Shown here: piece by piece, positions 13,501-26,400 of the stretch
Layout of the letters: each line of letters starts with the position of its first letter
How positions within the stretch are numbered: the stretch's first letter is position 1
NCBI GenBank assembly: GCA_964016885.1
Contig: OZ024741.1
Coordinates: 358,050,001-358,114,000 of the forward strand
DNA: 64,000 nt
DNA from: Eledone cirrhosa
Taxonomy: Eukaryota
Direction of reading: 5' to 3'
Translations under genes and position numbers: made by a program
The notes under the pieces: model-generated
Databases searched by the model: none
What the model was told of the DNA's origin: nothing
The model's input: only the letters and a program-made list of their open reading frames with translations

Positions 13501-14913
13501 GAGCAGCAGTCTGTTCAGTAAAGTAAGCCCGCTGGCCGTTTTTCAAATGAACCGCTAGTTGTATGATGGCAGGGTGCCTTTGGTGAAGTGGAAACCCGAA
13601 TATCCGTCCAAAAGCTTCACCACTGCTGATATATCGACCTACCAAGTACTCCGAGACCTCGTCCCTGCTATTGTCGTTTTGAAGGCCGAACATGGCAGCG
13701 CCGGAACCCTTGTTAACATAGTTACATATGTACTTTATCGACTTCACTGAATGACAGAACTCCACATTTATATGAGCGTTGAAAGTTTTCATCAGAAATG
13801 GATAGTACGGGACCACCCACCTATTATCAACTTGATGACCCCGTAACGTCATAGTGAATCCACCGTTCTCAGGCCGCCTTCGTCTGTACAGTGGGTATCC
13901 GTCGCCGCCGGTCTGGGTCTCCTCAACAAACCTCTTTGGGTATCGTTTAGTGCACACATGGTCCTTGTGGCATGAAGAGAACTCTTGAAAACCGGGGCCG
14001 CACGGACCGTGCAGCATGTGTGCCTTCACAATGTCGTACAGCTGCCGGTCAACAACGGGGTCCGGTATTTCCGATGACGTCATCTAGAACCGTAGGGTCT
14101 ATTTTGGTGACCAACCAAACCAAAATGTGCGCGTGTGGCAACCCTCTCTTCTGCCACTCAACAGTATACATGTGGCACCTAACAGGCCCGAAAACCTTCC
14201 CTTTTTTAATTAGATCAATTAGCTTAGCCAGCTTCTGCCTGAAAACCCTGGCAATAATATCATGCTGATGGCAGTACTGCTGCCCTGGGAGTTCTCGCGT
14301 AACCTCAACCTACTTGGGGTTACACGTAAACGTGATGAATAAATCGGGGCGCCCATAATGCCGAACGAACGTCATAGCGTCCTGTGTTCGCTCGTGCATG
14401 TACCGCCCCCCCCCCCCCGGTATAGGTTGAGGGGAGAATGAGAGAACGAACGGCAAATAAATAACTCACAGTTTGTTGAAAGCGCGCTTCTGTCAGCAAT
14501 TAAAAGTTGTTTGGCCCAAAATCCCTATGTGTTTCTTTTTTTCACTCAATAAACGTGTAAATATGTTATACACAAAATGTAATTGTGTGTGAGTTGGATG
14601 ATAGATGTTTTAAAAAGATTTTAAGCGTATATAAGAGAAGGTTGCAGCATGTATTTTTTTTCAAATTTTTACGTGGAGTAGAGAGAGGAAATCACATTGT
14701 ATTAGAGGGATAAAGCGTCATGTATTTAGTTTTATCGATTATTTCCGTAATTGTGGGTGATTTTGAAATAAATAAATAGTCGTTGACCTAAGTTAGACCA
14801 TTTACAACATTCTTACAGACTTTGAGTCGAATCGATTTGAAATTGTGCAAATGTATAAACATGGAACATGCACATACACACAACAACAACAATCTGCCTT
14901 TTATAGATAATGA
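10588..14913 (-). mobile_element. Helitron with decayed Rep (HUH) / Pif1 helicase ORF
   Basis: Rep motifs GRPDLFITFTCNP, EWQKRGLPHAHILVW, KYICNYVNKG. Pif1 motifs DAPGGTGKT, WDECTM, GDFRQTLPV, QFPVRPCFAMSINKAQGQT. Split across frameshifted ORFs 11390-14420. 3' hairpin CCCGAGCAACGCCAGG then CTAG|T at 10588; probable A|TC 5' end at 14913. Confidence 0.92.
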
Positions 14914-15835
14914 TACAAACATGTAAAAAGTTTTGCATCATAAAACCTTGAGTAGTTCTGGACGGTTTGGTATTGAAAGGTTTAATGTAAACAATAACAT
15001 ATATATACACAATCACTTACATGCACACATACTACACTAATGTAGAGATGTTGACAAGCATAAGCATGCAGAGGCACATCTATTGACATAATAGTAATAT
15101 ACATATATGTGTAAGAAAACATGCACATACACATCTGTACATAAACAAACACATTTTATTCACATACAGGCATTCAGATAGTAGAATTTAGACATTGAAA
15201 AAAAAAAAACTGGTGGTAGCCTGCCCTCATCAAAAATGAATTCACAAGACAGTGAGTTGATTTGTTATAATTTAATATTTTGAACTCCTCCTCCTTCAAT
15301 AAATAGGAGTGTTGTTGCTCTGGTCTAAAAGTTCTGAGTGGCAAAATTAATGGAACAAAGGAGTAGTGTGTATGAAAGGGGATGGGGTGGGATGAAGTGT
15401 GAGAAAGTGGTAAAGGATGCAAGCATAGAAAATAGATGTTAAATGGTGATGATAATGATGTTACTTCATCCAACTGTTTGGAATAAATACCAGCTTTGCT
15501 GAGATAATGTCAGTAGGATTGATCACCTAAAGATACTTTTCTGATCATATAAAGTTGAAAACAACTGAGTCTGAATATCACATCAGTGTATAAGATAACT
15601 CTTATGTTATGAAATAAAATATCCATGTATATTCAGTTTAGAATAAGCACACTGTATCACTCCATGCTGTAAGATGTAACTAAAGGGGTTGGCACCAGGA
15701 AAGACATCTGACAATAAAATACTGCCTCAAAAAGGATCCCATGCTGAGTATTATTAACTCGTTCCTTACTATAGTTCTAATAAAATACACTGTATTGAAA
15801 TTAATTACTGAAGAATTTAGTAATATTATTTCAAC

Positions 15836-16110
15836 TAGCAGAAAAACTGCCCTGCAGGCGGTTTTCTGCTAGCATATGCAGTGTGTATATTAGTATACGC
15901 AAATATATATGCATTTAGATATGTTAAAAAAGGAGAAATTGAGATTAGCGATGGAAATACAAACGTTATGATATAACGGTGGACATATATAAACTGTTAT
16001 GATATAACATATATTATATATAAATATAAGAGAGATATTTGTTGGTTGGTTCGTTCCAGCATCACACAAAAACGAAAAGTGACAATCAAAAAGTAAGTGC
16101 AGCAATGGAA
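15836..16110. mobile_element. Non-autonomous element with a long terminal palindrome (Helitron/Helentron-like)
   Basis: ctagcagaaaaactgccctgcaggcggttttctgctag palindrome, followed by sequence similar to the copy at 36872. Confidence 0.55.
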
Positions 16111-16719
16111 AAAGGGTTTAATACCCAGGAAGGTTTATTCATACTAATTTTATAACATCATAAAAGAAGAAAAACATTCTGGATGTGTTAACCAACCTAA
16201 CTGCTATTTCTAGCAGGTTGGGAATCAACCTTAAGGGATTCTCCAATTCGAACGCTGGTTTACACACACTCACATGCACATAAACGTGCGTGCACTCATA
16301 CATTTATATATACTTATTTATATCTATTCTGTGTTTTTTTTTAATATCTTCTTATTTTACATTCCATTCTTTCTTCTCAGTTAGATAAATTTTAAGATTT
16401 CATTTTAACGTCATACTAGCAGTAAAGCCCGGCGTTGCTCGGGGTCGCTCAGTAGCTGTGTTAAAGTTACAATGTTAAGTTTCTTTATTGGATTAAAAAC
16501 TGTAGTGTCTACTGTGCAGACTTGCATGTGGTGTTTTTGATTAATATTCCCTCAACCAACAATATGCCTTATGAAGTTAAGAAAACATAACGATAACCCG
16601 AATGTTATAACAAAAGAGGATGCTGGGGATAAAAACTGCACTGGTTATTTATTAACAAAGATCGAAAATGTAAACACTGCAACGCAGAGAAAAACATTAG
16701 CGTAACCAAATTATCAGTT

Positions 16720-16976
16720 ATGTCTGTCTGCACGCCTATATCACCTCTCTGCACGACTGTCTGTCTGCACGCCTATATCACCTCTCTGCACGACTGTCTG
16801 TCTGCACGCCTATATCAACTCTCTGCACGACTGTCTGTCTGCACGCCTATATCACCTCTCTGCACGACTATCTGTCTGCACGCCTATATCACCTCTCTGC
16901 ACGACTGTCTGTCTGCACGCGTATATCACCTCTCTGCACGACTATCTGTCTGCACGACTGTCTGTCTACACGCCTA
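16720..16976 (+). repeat. 37-bp minisatellite, ~6 copies
   Basis: Unit ctgtctgtctgcacgcctatatcacctctctgcacga; period 37 (16731 to 16768). Confidence 0.95.
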
Positions 16977-17229
16977 ACGAAATTTACAGATACATATATT
17001 TTAAATAAACTTATATAATTTTTGCCTTTTTTTACGAAATATTTGCTTGTTTTACGTAGTTTTTAAATAGACTTGTTTTCAAGTAAAAATATTGTTTTAA
17101 AAGGCTTTTAAATGGAAATGAAGCAAAACGGAAGCTTAGTGTTCGAACTGATGAATTTTGCAGGTCAAAATTTTGCTGGCTCGACAACTGTTCGTGTATT
17201 GTGTTAATGTCATTTTAAACGCTGAGAAA

Positions 17230-17446
17230 GCCAGCGTAATTTTTTTAATTTTTGCCAGCGTAATTTTTTTAATTTTTGCCAGCGTAATTTTTTTAATTTT
17301 TGCACGCAGAAAATGTAAACAGAACGTAAGACGCTACGCTGAATGTAAACAGAACAAAGGGAAATCATTTTTTTAATTTTTGCACGCAGAAAATGTAAAG
17401 AGAACGTAAGACGCTACGCTGAATGTAAACAGAACAAAGGGAAATA
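17230..17446 (+). repeat. 24-bp x3 repeat followed by ~80-bp duplication
   Basis: gccagcgtaatttttttaattttt x3; gcacgcagaaaatgtaaa...gaacaaagggaaat x2. Confidence 0.9.
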
Positions 17447-17992
17447 ACTGATCACTTACGCTCAAAAATCGATACATTATATTCGATTTCGTCAGATAGG
17501 GCGGGTCAATTTGAAATATTTTTTTTCCGATGTCTTCGCTAGGGCTCAATGTACAAGTATAGCAATTTCGGTGCAATTCCGTGAGAGATTCTAAGAGGAG
17601 ATGTGTGCCAAAAATCGATAGACAGACAGACAACCTCAGTTTTATATATATAGATAAAAGATTGGAACTTCCATCATTCTTTTGAGAAACGTGGATCAAC
17701 CACCTCTATACAATAAAGCATGCTTTACATTCAGGCGGAAGATGGACCACCTAGAAATCTTCATATCGTATGGACGAATGGTAAAACAAAGAATCTTGTG
17801 AATCTGGAAGATTTTTTACTGTTTATCTATTTATTTTTTGGTCACACATACACACCACGGTCTGTAAACTAGATAAACATCCAATTCTGTCGTTCTCCCT
17901 TCTATCTGTCTTCTCTTATCATCTGTTTCGCTGGGTGAAGCTGGGTACGTCATCTAGTGATATATAAGTGTTATGGAGAAATGTTATGATAT

Positions 17993-18086
17993 AATTGTTT
18001 CTACTTTTGGCACAAGGCCAGCAAATACCCAGTGCATTACTGGTACTTTATTTTATCGACCCCGTAAGGATGAAAGGCAAAGTTAA
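17993..18086 (-). mobile_element. tRNA-derived SINE family A, 3' fragment
   Basis: ttgtttctacttttggcacaaggccagcaa...ttatcgaccccgtaaggatgaaaggcaaagtt matches the copies at 46905, 48128 and 60013. Confidence 0.8.
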
Positions 18087-19031
18087 AGTTGACAACGAAT
18101 GCTACTGGAAGTTAACATTTAAAAGTTTCAAAAGAAGTGAATCTTGAAATAAGCAATATATAATGATATTTATGTTTAATCAAGAACTACGAAATTTAAT
18201 AGATAAATTACATAATATTCAATCATGATTTATTCAAAGTAAGCCAACTTATTTTTAATCGCGTAAAAAAAATAAATAAACTGGACACAGCCTCACACTC
18301 CTCCCTTTATTATATTATTAAGATGGTATTTCTAACATAACAAAAGATTTTAATTTAAATAGGAATCTAAATGGATGGTTTTGTTTCATAGAACCAGAGG
18401 TGGTTTTGGGTGAGTTGGTAAAAATAACTTCAACAATATTTTAATGTAAAGATATGGTCAACATTTTGATCCCTCATCTGTTCTATCTACATGTTGGTGA
18501 ACTGTTGATGAAATATTCTTAATCCATTGAATCTCATCATCATCATCGGTTCTGATATACACGTGCATTAACCAAATTATCTTTTTCCTTTCCTTCTATA
18601 GGAACAACCTGTCTAGTTCTGGTGTCATAGTAAACGCTGGGTGGCCGTAGGATTAATCACTGCCTGATTCTTGGGTGTCAATATCATCACCATCATCATC
18701 ATCATCATCATCATCATTTTACGTCTGCTTTTCCCTGCTTAGCAAAATATATTCTGATATACCCATTCAAACCAGACCTCACCCATATTTTCCCCTGTAG
18801 AATTGACTTACAGTTGTTTATGTTGGGTTTTAACTACATCAGTTATATCATTGTGAGAGATTCTCCAAAGTTTATGAACACTGCTTCTTCTCAACTGACT
18901 ATCTTTAAAAAATTGTATAAATCATCCCAACCTGTTCAATCCATTTATCAATCCATTTAAAAATTGAAATTGTACAAATACTGATGAGGATTTGTACAAC
19001 AGAAACCATTTGATCTATATCTTTGGGAAAT

Positions 19032-19642
19032 TTATATGGTAAATGAATAAGGATGGAATCTCGAAAACCAGTCATCAAAATGAACTTCAAATTGTATAGC
19101 CCTGTCTATGGCTTGTGTCATTGCCAGACCATCAGCTGAGGAATAAATATGTTCTTCAATCAAAGGAATGTTTTCTTGATCTGTTGTATCCAGATTGATA
19201 TTGTGAAGGTAGCAGACCAATTCTGTCATATGGTCAGGAATACTGAAGAGCTGTTGGCAGCTGTTTTTTTGTGACACATAGTTGGAATTGGTGTAGTTCA
19301 TGGCACATTCAATACAATTTGTCACTGTGCTGTTCATAACCTGAAGCAAAATAGATGGGTTAGATTTACATAATTCTGGGTAAATTTTTCTTTCCTTCCA
19401 AGCATCTAATTGCTTAGAAAAACCTTCAGAATGGATCACAAGGATGAAATTGACTGCTTTTTGAATCTCTGCTAAATTAGTCATCATTTTGTAATCCTCA
19501 TTCAGGTTTAAAACTTCACAGAAGCAGTGTTCATGTAGGTATAATATGAACGCATCACATGCCTGTTGATGTTGTTCATGGTCAAAAGTGTTTATGATGC
19601 ACAATTTTATTTTATCCTTTTCTTCTGGTTGTGGTTGGGAAT
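19032..19642 (-). CDS. IL-17 receptor-like gene, terminal exon with SEFIR domain and SEFEX-like extension
   Basis: Acceptor tttttcag|AT (phase 1) within ORF 19032..19673. KLCIINTFDHEQHQQACDAFILYLHEHCFCEV matches SEFIR box 1. FILVIHSEG, LFSIPDHMTELVCYLH, DGLAMTQAI and FEVHFDDWF parallel IL17RA cytoplasmic motifs. Confidence 0.85.
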
Positions 19643-19688
19643 CTGAAAAAGTATGGAATGAATACATTATCAATGTAGGAACATGGAA

Positions 19689-20365
19689 TCTATATACATA
19701 AATGGCAATTTCTGTCTGTTTGTGAACCTAAAACTAAAAAACTACCAAACCGATCTTGATGAAACTTGACATGTGTGTAGGGCTCATGCCCATTTGATTT
19801 CTGTCGTATATTTCAAACCCCCCGGTGAAAATTTTTTCCCTTTGATTTATATGAAATTTAAACCATAGGTAAATGACAAGATATGATGCCTATTCACAAA
19901 ATTTCAGCAAATTTCAATAATAATAAGACACCCTAATGGAGGTTAAACCCCCTATCGTGAAAATGTTGGCCAATAAATGAAACAAGATTTCACAAACTCC
20001 TCCTATGGTTTTGGAGATAGACCCCCATAACCATATATATATTCTGAAACTACATTGCCCAGGGTACTTGGATAAGTATATTTAATTTTAATCAAAGAGT
20101 TCCCCAGGGGCACAAAACCCTCGCTGAAAATTTTTTCTCTTCGAATTATATGAAATTTAAACCATAGGTAAATGACAAGATATGATGCCTATTCCTAAAA
20201 GTTTTGAATTGAGATTTAAAAAAAAATTATTTACGAGAAACAAAATAAGAATAAGATTTAATAATATAATTTTGATTAGATATATTTCAAAAAATAATGT
20301 TTTCCAATTTTTCAGGCATTACATTTTACATTGAGTAATATTGAAATGCAGCGTTTTTATCCATA
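19689..20365 (+). mobile_element. Non-autonomous Helitron (sister of 56647-57721), 3' end not found
   Basis: A|TCTATATACATAAA start. 19991-20110 and 20200-20360 match the reverse complement of 57540-57665 and 56740-56895. Internal duplication of about 80 bp (~19825-19900 vs ~20125-20200). Confidence 0.85.
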
Positions 20366-20434
20366 AATTCATATATGCAGTTCACATTCTTAGTGCACTT
20401 ACTTTATAGTCATTATACATGTATTTTGAATTAA

Positions 20435-23400
20435 TATATTACAGTTTACTGCTCACTATATTACAGCTTACAGTTGCTGTATATTACAGTGTATAGACAC
20501 TGTATATTAAGTTATTGTATATTACAGTTTATAGTTACTGTATATTACAGTTTACAGTTACTGTATATAACAGTGTATAGTTACTGTATATTACAGTGTA
20601 TAGTTACTGTATATTACAGTTTATAGTTACTGTATATTACAGTGTATAGTTACTGTATATTACAGTATATAGTTACTGTATATTACAGTGTACAGTTACT
20701 GTATATTACAGTGTACAGTTACTGTATATTACAGTGTATAGTTACTGTATATTACAGTGTATAGTTACAGTATATTACAGTGTATAGTTACTGTATATTA
20801 CAGTTTATAGTTACTGTATATTACAATGTACAGTTACTGTATATTACAGTGTATAGTTACTGTATATTACAGTGTATAGTTACTGTATATTACAGTGTAT
20901 AGTTACTGTATATTACAGTGTACAGTTACTGTATATTACAGTGTACAGTTACTGTATATTACAGTGTATAGTTACTGTATATTACAGTGTATAGTTACTG
21001 TATATTACAGTGTATAGTTACTGTATATTACAGTGTACAGCTACTGTATATTACAGTGTACAGTTACTGTATATTACAGTGTATAGTTACTGTATATTAC
21101 AGTGTATAGTTACTGTATATTACAGTGTATAGTTACTGTATATTACAGTGTATAGTTACTGTATATTACAGTGCACAGTTACTGTATATTACAGTTTACA
21201 GTTACTGTATATTACAGTGTATAGTTACTGTATATTACAGTTTACAGTTACTGTATATTACAGTGTATAGTTACTGTATATTACGGTGTATAGTTACTGT
21301 ATATTACAGTGTATAGTTACTGTATATTACAGTGTATAGTTACTGTATATTACAGTGTATAGTTACTGTATATTACAGTGTATAGTTACTGTATATTACA
21401 GTATAGAGTTACTGTATATTACAGTGTATAGTTACTGTATATTACAGTGTATAGTTACTGTATATTACAGTTTACAGTTACTGTATATTACAGTGTACAG
21501 TTACTGAATATTACAGTGTATAGTTACTGTATATTACAGTGTATAGTTACTGTATATTACAGTGTATAGTTACTGTATATTACAGTGTATAGTTACTGTA
21601 TATTACAGTGTATAGTTACTGTATATTACAGTGTATAGTTACTGTATATTACAGTGTATAGTTACTGTATATTACAGTGTACAGTTACTGAATATTACAG
21701 TGTATAGTTACTGTATATTACAGTGTATAGTTACTGTATATTACAGTGTATAGTTACGGTATATTACAGTTTATAGTTACTGTATATTACAGTGTACAGT
21801 TACTGAATATTACAGTGTATAGTTACTGTATATTACAGTGTATAGTTACTGTATATTACAGTTTACAGTTACTGTATATTACAGTGTACAGTTACTGAAT
21901 ATTACAGTGTATAGTTACTGTATATTGCAGTTTATAGTTACTGTATATTACAGTGTATAGTTACTGTATATTACAGTGTATAGTTACTGTATATTACAGT
22001 GTATAGTTACTGTATATTACAGTGTATAGTTACTGTATATTACAGTTTATAGTTACTGTATATTACAGTGTATAGTTACTGTATATTGCAGTTTATAGTT
22101 ACTGTATATTACAGTGTATAGTTACTGTATATTACAGTGTATAGTTACTGTATATTACAGTTTATAGTTACTGTATATTACAGTTTATAGTTACTGTATT
22201 TTACAGTGTATAGTTACTGTATATTACAGTTTATAGTTACTGTATATTACACTGTACAGTTACTGTATATTACAGTTTATAGTTACTGTATATTACAGTG
22301 TATAGTTACTGTATATTACAGTTTATAGTTACTGTATATTACAGTGTATAGTTACTGTATATTACAGTGTATAGTTACTGTATATTACAGTTTATAGTTA
22401 CTGTATATTACAGTGTATAGTTACTGTATATTACAGTTTATAGTTACTGTATATTACAGTGTATAGTTACTGTATATTATACTGTACAGTTACTGTATAT
22501 TACAGTTTATAGTTACTGTATATTACAGTGTATAGTTACTGTATATTACAGTGTATAGTTACTGTATATTACAGTTTATAGTTACTGTATATTACAGTGT
22601 ATAGTTACTGTATATTACAGTGTATAGTTACTGTATATTACAGTGTACAGTTACTGTATATTACACTGTATAGTTACTGTATATTACACTGTATAGTTAC
22701 TGTATATTACACTGTATAGTTACTGTATATTACAGTGTACAGTTACTGTATATTACAGTGTATAGTTACTCTATATTACAGTGTATAGTTACTGTATATT
22801 ACAGTGTACAGTTACTGTATATTACAGTGTACAGTTACTGTATATTACAGTGTTTAGTTACTGTATATTACAGTTTATAGTTACTGTATATTACAGTGTA
22901 CAGTTACTGTATATTACAGTGTATAGTTACTGTATATTACAGTGTATAGTTACTGTATATTACAGTGTATAGTTACTCTATATTACAGTGTATAGTTACT
23001 GTATATTACAGTGTATAGTTACTGTATATTACAGTGTACAGTTACTGTATATTACGGTGTATAGTTACTGTATATTACAGTGTATAGTTACTGTATATTA
23101 CAGTGTTTAGTTACTGTATATTACAGTTTATAGTTACTGTATATTACAGTGTACAGTTACTGTATATAACAGTGTATAGTTACTGTATATTACAGTGTAT
23201 AGTTACTGTATATTACAGTTTATAGTTACTGTATATTACAGTGTATAGTTACTGTATATTACAGTGTATAGTTACTGTATATTACAGTGTACAGTTACTG
23301 TATATTACGGTGTATAGTTACTGTATATTACAGTGTATAGTTACTGTATATTACAGTGTATAGTTACTGTATATTACAGTGTATAGTTACTGTATATTAC

Positions 23401-26400
23401 AGTTTATAGTTACTGTATATTACACTGTATAGTTACTGTATATTACAGTGTATAGTTACTGTATATTACAGTTTATAGTTACTGTGTATTACAGTTTATA
23501 GTTACTGTATATTACAGTGTATAGTTACTGTATATTACAGTGTATAGTTACTGTATATTACAGTGTATAGTTACTGTATATTACAGTTTATAGTTACTGT
23601 GTATTACAGTGTATAGTTACTGTATATTACAGTTTATAGTTACTGTGTATTACAGTTTATAGTTACTGTATATTACAGTGTATAGTTACTGTATATTACA
23701 GTTTATAGTTACTGTATATTACAGTGTACAGTTACTGTATATTACACTGTACAGTTACTGTATATTACAGTATATAGTTACTGTATATTACAGTGTATAG
23801 TTACTGTATATTACAGTGTACAGTTACTGTATATTACAGTGTATAGTTACTGTATATTACAGTGCACAGTTACTGTATATTACAGTTTACAGTTACTGTA
23901 TATTACAGTGTATAGTTACTGTATATTACAGTTTACAGTTACTATATATTACAGTGTATAGTTACTGTATATTACAGTGTATAGTTACTGTATATTACAG
24001 TGTATAGTTACTGTATATTACAGTTTATAGTTACTGTATATTACAGTGTATAGTTACTGTATATTACAGTGTATAGTTACTGTATATTACAGTGCACAGT
24101 TACTGTATATTACAGTTTACAGTTACTGTATATTACAGTGTATAGTTACTGTATATTACAGTTTACAGTTACTGTATATTACAGTGTATAGTTACTGTAT
24201 ATTACAGTGTATAGTTACTGTATATTACAGTTTACAGTTACTGTATATTACAGTGTACAGTTACTGTATATTACAGTTTACAGTTACTGTATATTACAGT
24301 ATATAGTTACTGTATATTACAGTTTATAGTTACTGTATATTACAGTGTACAGTTACTGTATGTTACAGTGTACAGTTACTGTATATTACAGTGTATAGTT
24401 ACTGTATATTACAGTGTACAGTTACTGTATATTACAGTATATAGTTACTGTATGTTACAGTGTACAGTTACTGTATATTACAGTGTATAGTTACTGTATA
24501 TTACAGTGTATAGTTACTGTATATTACAGTTTATAGTTACTGTATATTACAGTGTACAGTTACTGTATATTACAGTTTACAGTTACTGTATATTAAAGTT
24601 TATAGTTACTGTATATTACAGTGTATAGTTACTGTATATTACAGTGTATAGTTACTGTATATTACAGTTTATAGTTACTGTATATTACAGTGTACAGTTA
24701 CTGTATATTACAGTTTACAGTTACTGTATATTACAGTGTACAGTTACTGTATATTACAGTGTATAGTTACTGTATATTACAGGTATAGTTACTGTATATT
24801 ACAGTGTATAGTTACTGTATATTACAGTGTATAGTTACTGTATATTACAGTGTATAGTTACTGTATGTTACAGTGTACAGTTACTGTATATTACAGTGTA
24901 TAGTTACTGTATATTACAGTGTACAGTTACTGTATATTACAGTGTATAGTTACTCTATATTACAGTGTATAGTTACTGTATATTACACTGTATAGTTACT
25001 GTATATTACACTGTATAGTTACTGTATATTACAGTGTATAGTTACTGTATATTACAGTGTATAGTTACTGTATATTACAGCGTACAGTTCCTGTATATTA
25101 CAGTGTATAGTTACTGTATATTACAGTGTATAGTTACTGTATATTACAGTGTATAGTTACTGTATATTACAGTGTACAGTTACTGTATATTACAGTTTAT
25201 AGTTACTGTATATTACAGTGTATAGTTACTGTATATTACAGTGTATAGTTACTGTATATTACAGTTTATAGTTACTGTATATTACAGTGTATAGTTACTG
25301 TATATTACAGTGTATAGTTACTGTATATTACAGTTTATAGTTACTGTATATTACAGTGTATAGTTACTGTATATTACAGTTTATAGTTACTGTATATTAC
25401 AGTGTATAGTTACTGTATATTACAGTGTATAGTTACTGTATATTACAGTTTATAGTTACTGTGTATTACAGTTTATAGTTACTGTATATTACAGTGTATA
25501 GTTACTGTATATTACAGTGTATAGTTACTGTATATTACAGTGTATATTTACTGTATATTACAGTGTATAGTTACTGTATATTACAGTTTACAGTTACTGT
25601 ATATTACAGTTTATAGTTACTGTATATTACAGTGTATAGTTACTGTATATTACAGTGTATAGTTACTGTGTATTACAGTGTATAGTTACTGTATATTACA
25701 GTGTATAGTTACTGTATATTACAGTGTATAGTTATTGTATATTACAGTGTATAGTTACTGTATATTACAGTTTATAGTTACTGTATATTACAGTGTATAG
25801 TTACTGTATATTACAGTGTATAGTTACTGTATATTACAGTGTATAGTTACTGTATATTACAGTGTATAGTTACTGTATATTACAGTGTATAGTTACTGTA
25901 TATTACAGTGTATAGTTACTGTATATTACAGTGTATAGTTACTGTATATTACAGTGTATAGTTACTGTATATTACAGTGTATAGTTACTGTATATTACAG
26001 TGTATAGTTACTGTATATTACAGTGTATAGTTACTGTATATTACAGTGTATAGTTACTGTATATTACAGTGTATAGTTACTGTATATTACAGTGTACAGT
26101 TACTGTATATTACAGTGTACAGTTACTGTATATTACAGTGTATAGTTACTGTATATTACAGTGTATAGTTACAGTATATTACAGTGTACAGTTACTGTAT
26201 ATTACAGTGTATAGTTACTGTATATTACAGTGTATAGTTACTGTATATTACAGTGTACAGCTACTGTATATTACAGTGTACAGTTACTGTATATTACAGT
26301 GTATAGTTACTGTATATTACAGTGTATAGTTACTGTATATTACAGTGTATAGTTACTGTATATTACAGTGTACAGTTACTGTATATTACAGTGTATAGTT

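Larger units (their letters stand above)
16416..17654 (-). mobile_element. Non-autonomous Helitron carrying internal tandem repeats
   Basis: 5' A|TCTATATATATAAA...CTGTCTGTC. 3' hairpin CCCCGAGCAACGCCGGG then CTAG|T, nearly identical to the 3' end of the 10588 Helitron. Confidence 0.85.

Noticed and set aside
16720-16977. CRISPR-sized 37-bp repeat and 85-aa Cys-rich ORF
   Set aside because: No spacers; it is a tandem minisatellite inside a Helitron.
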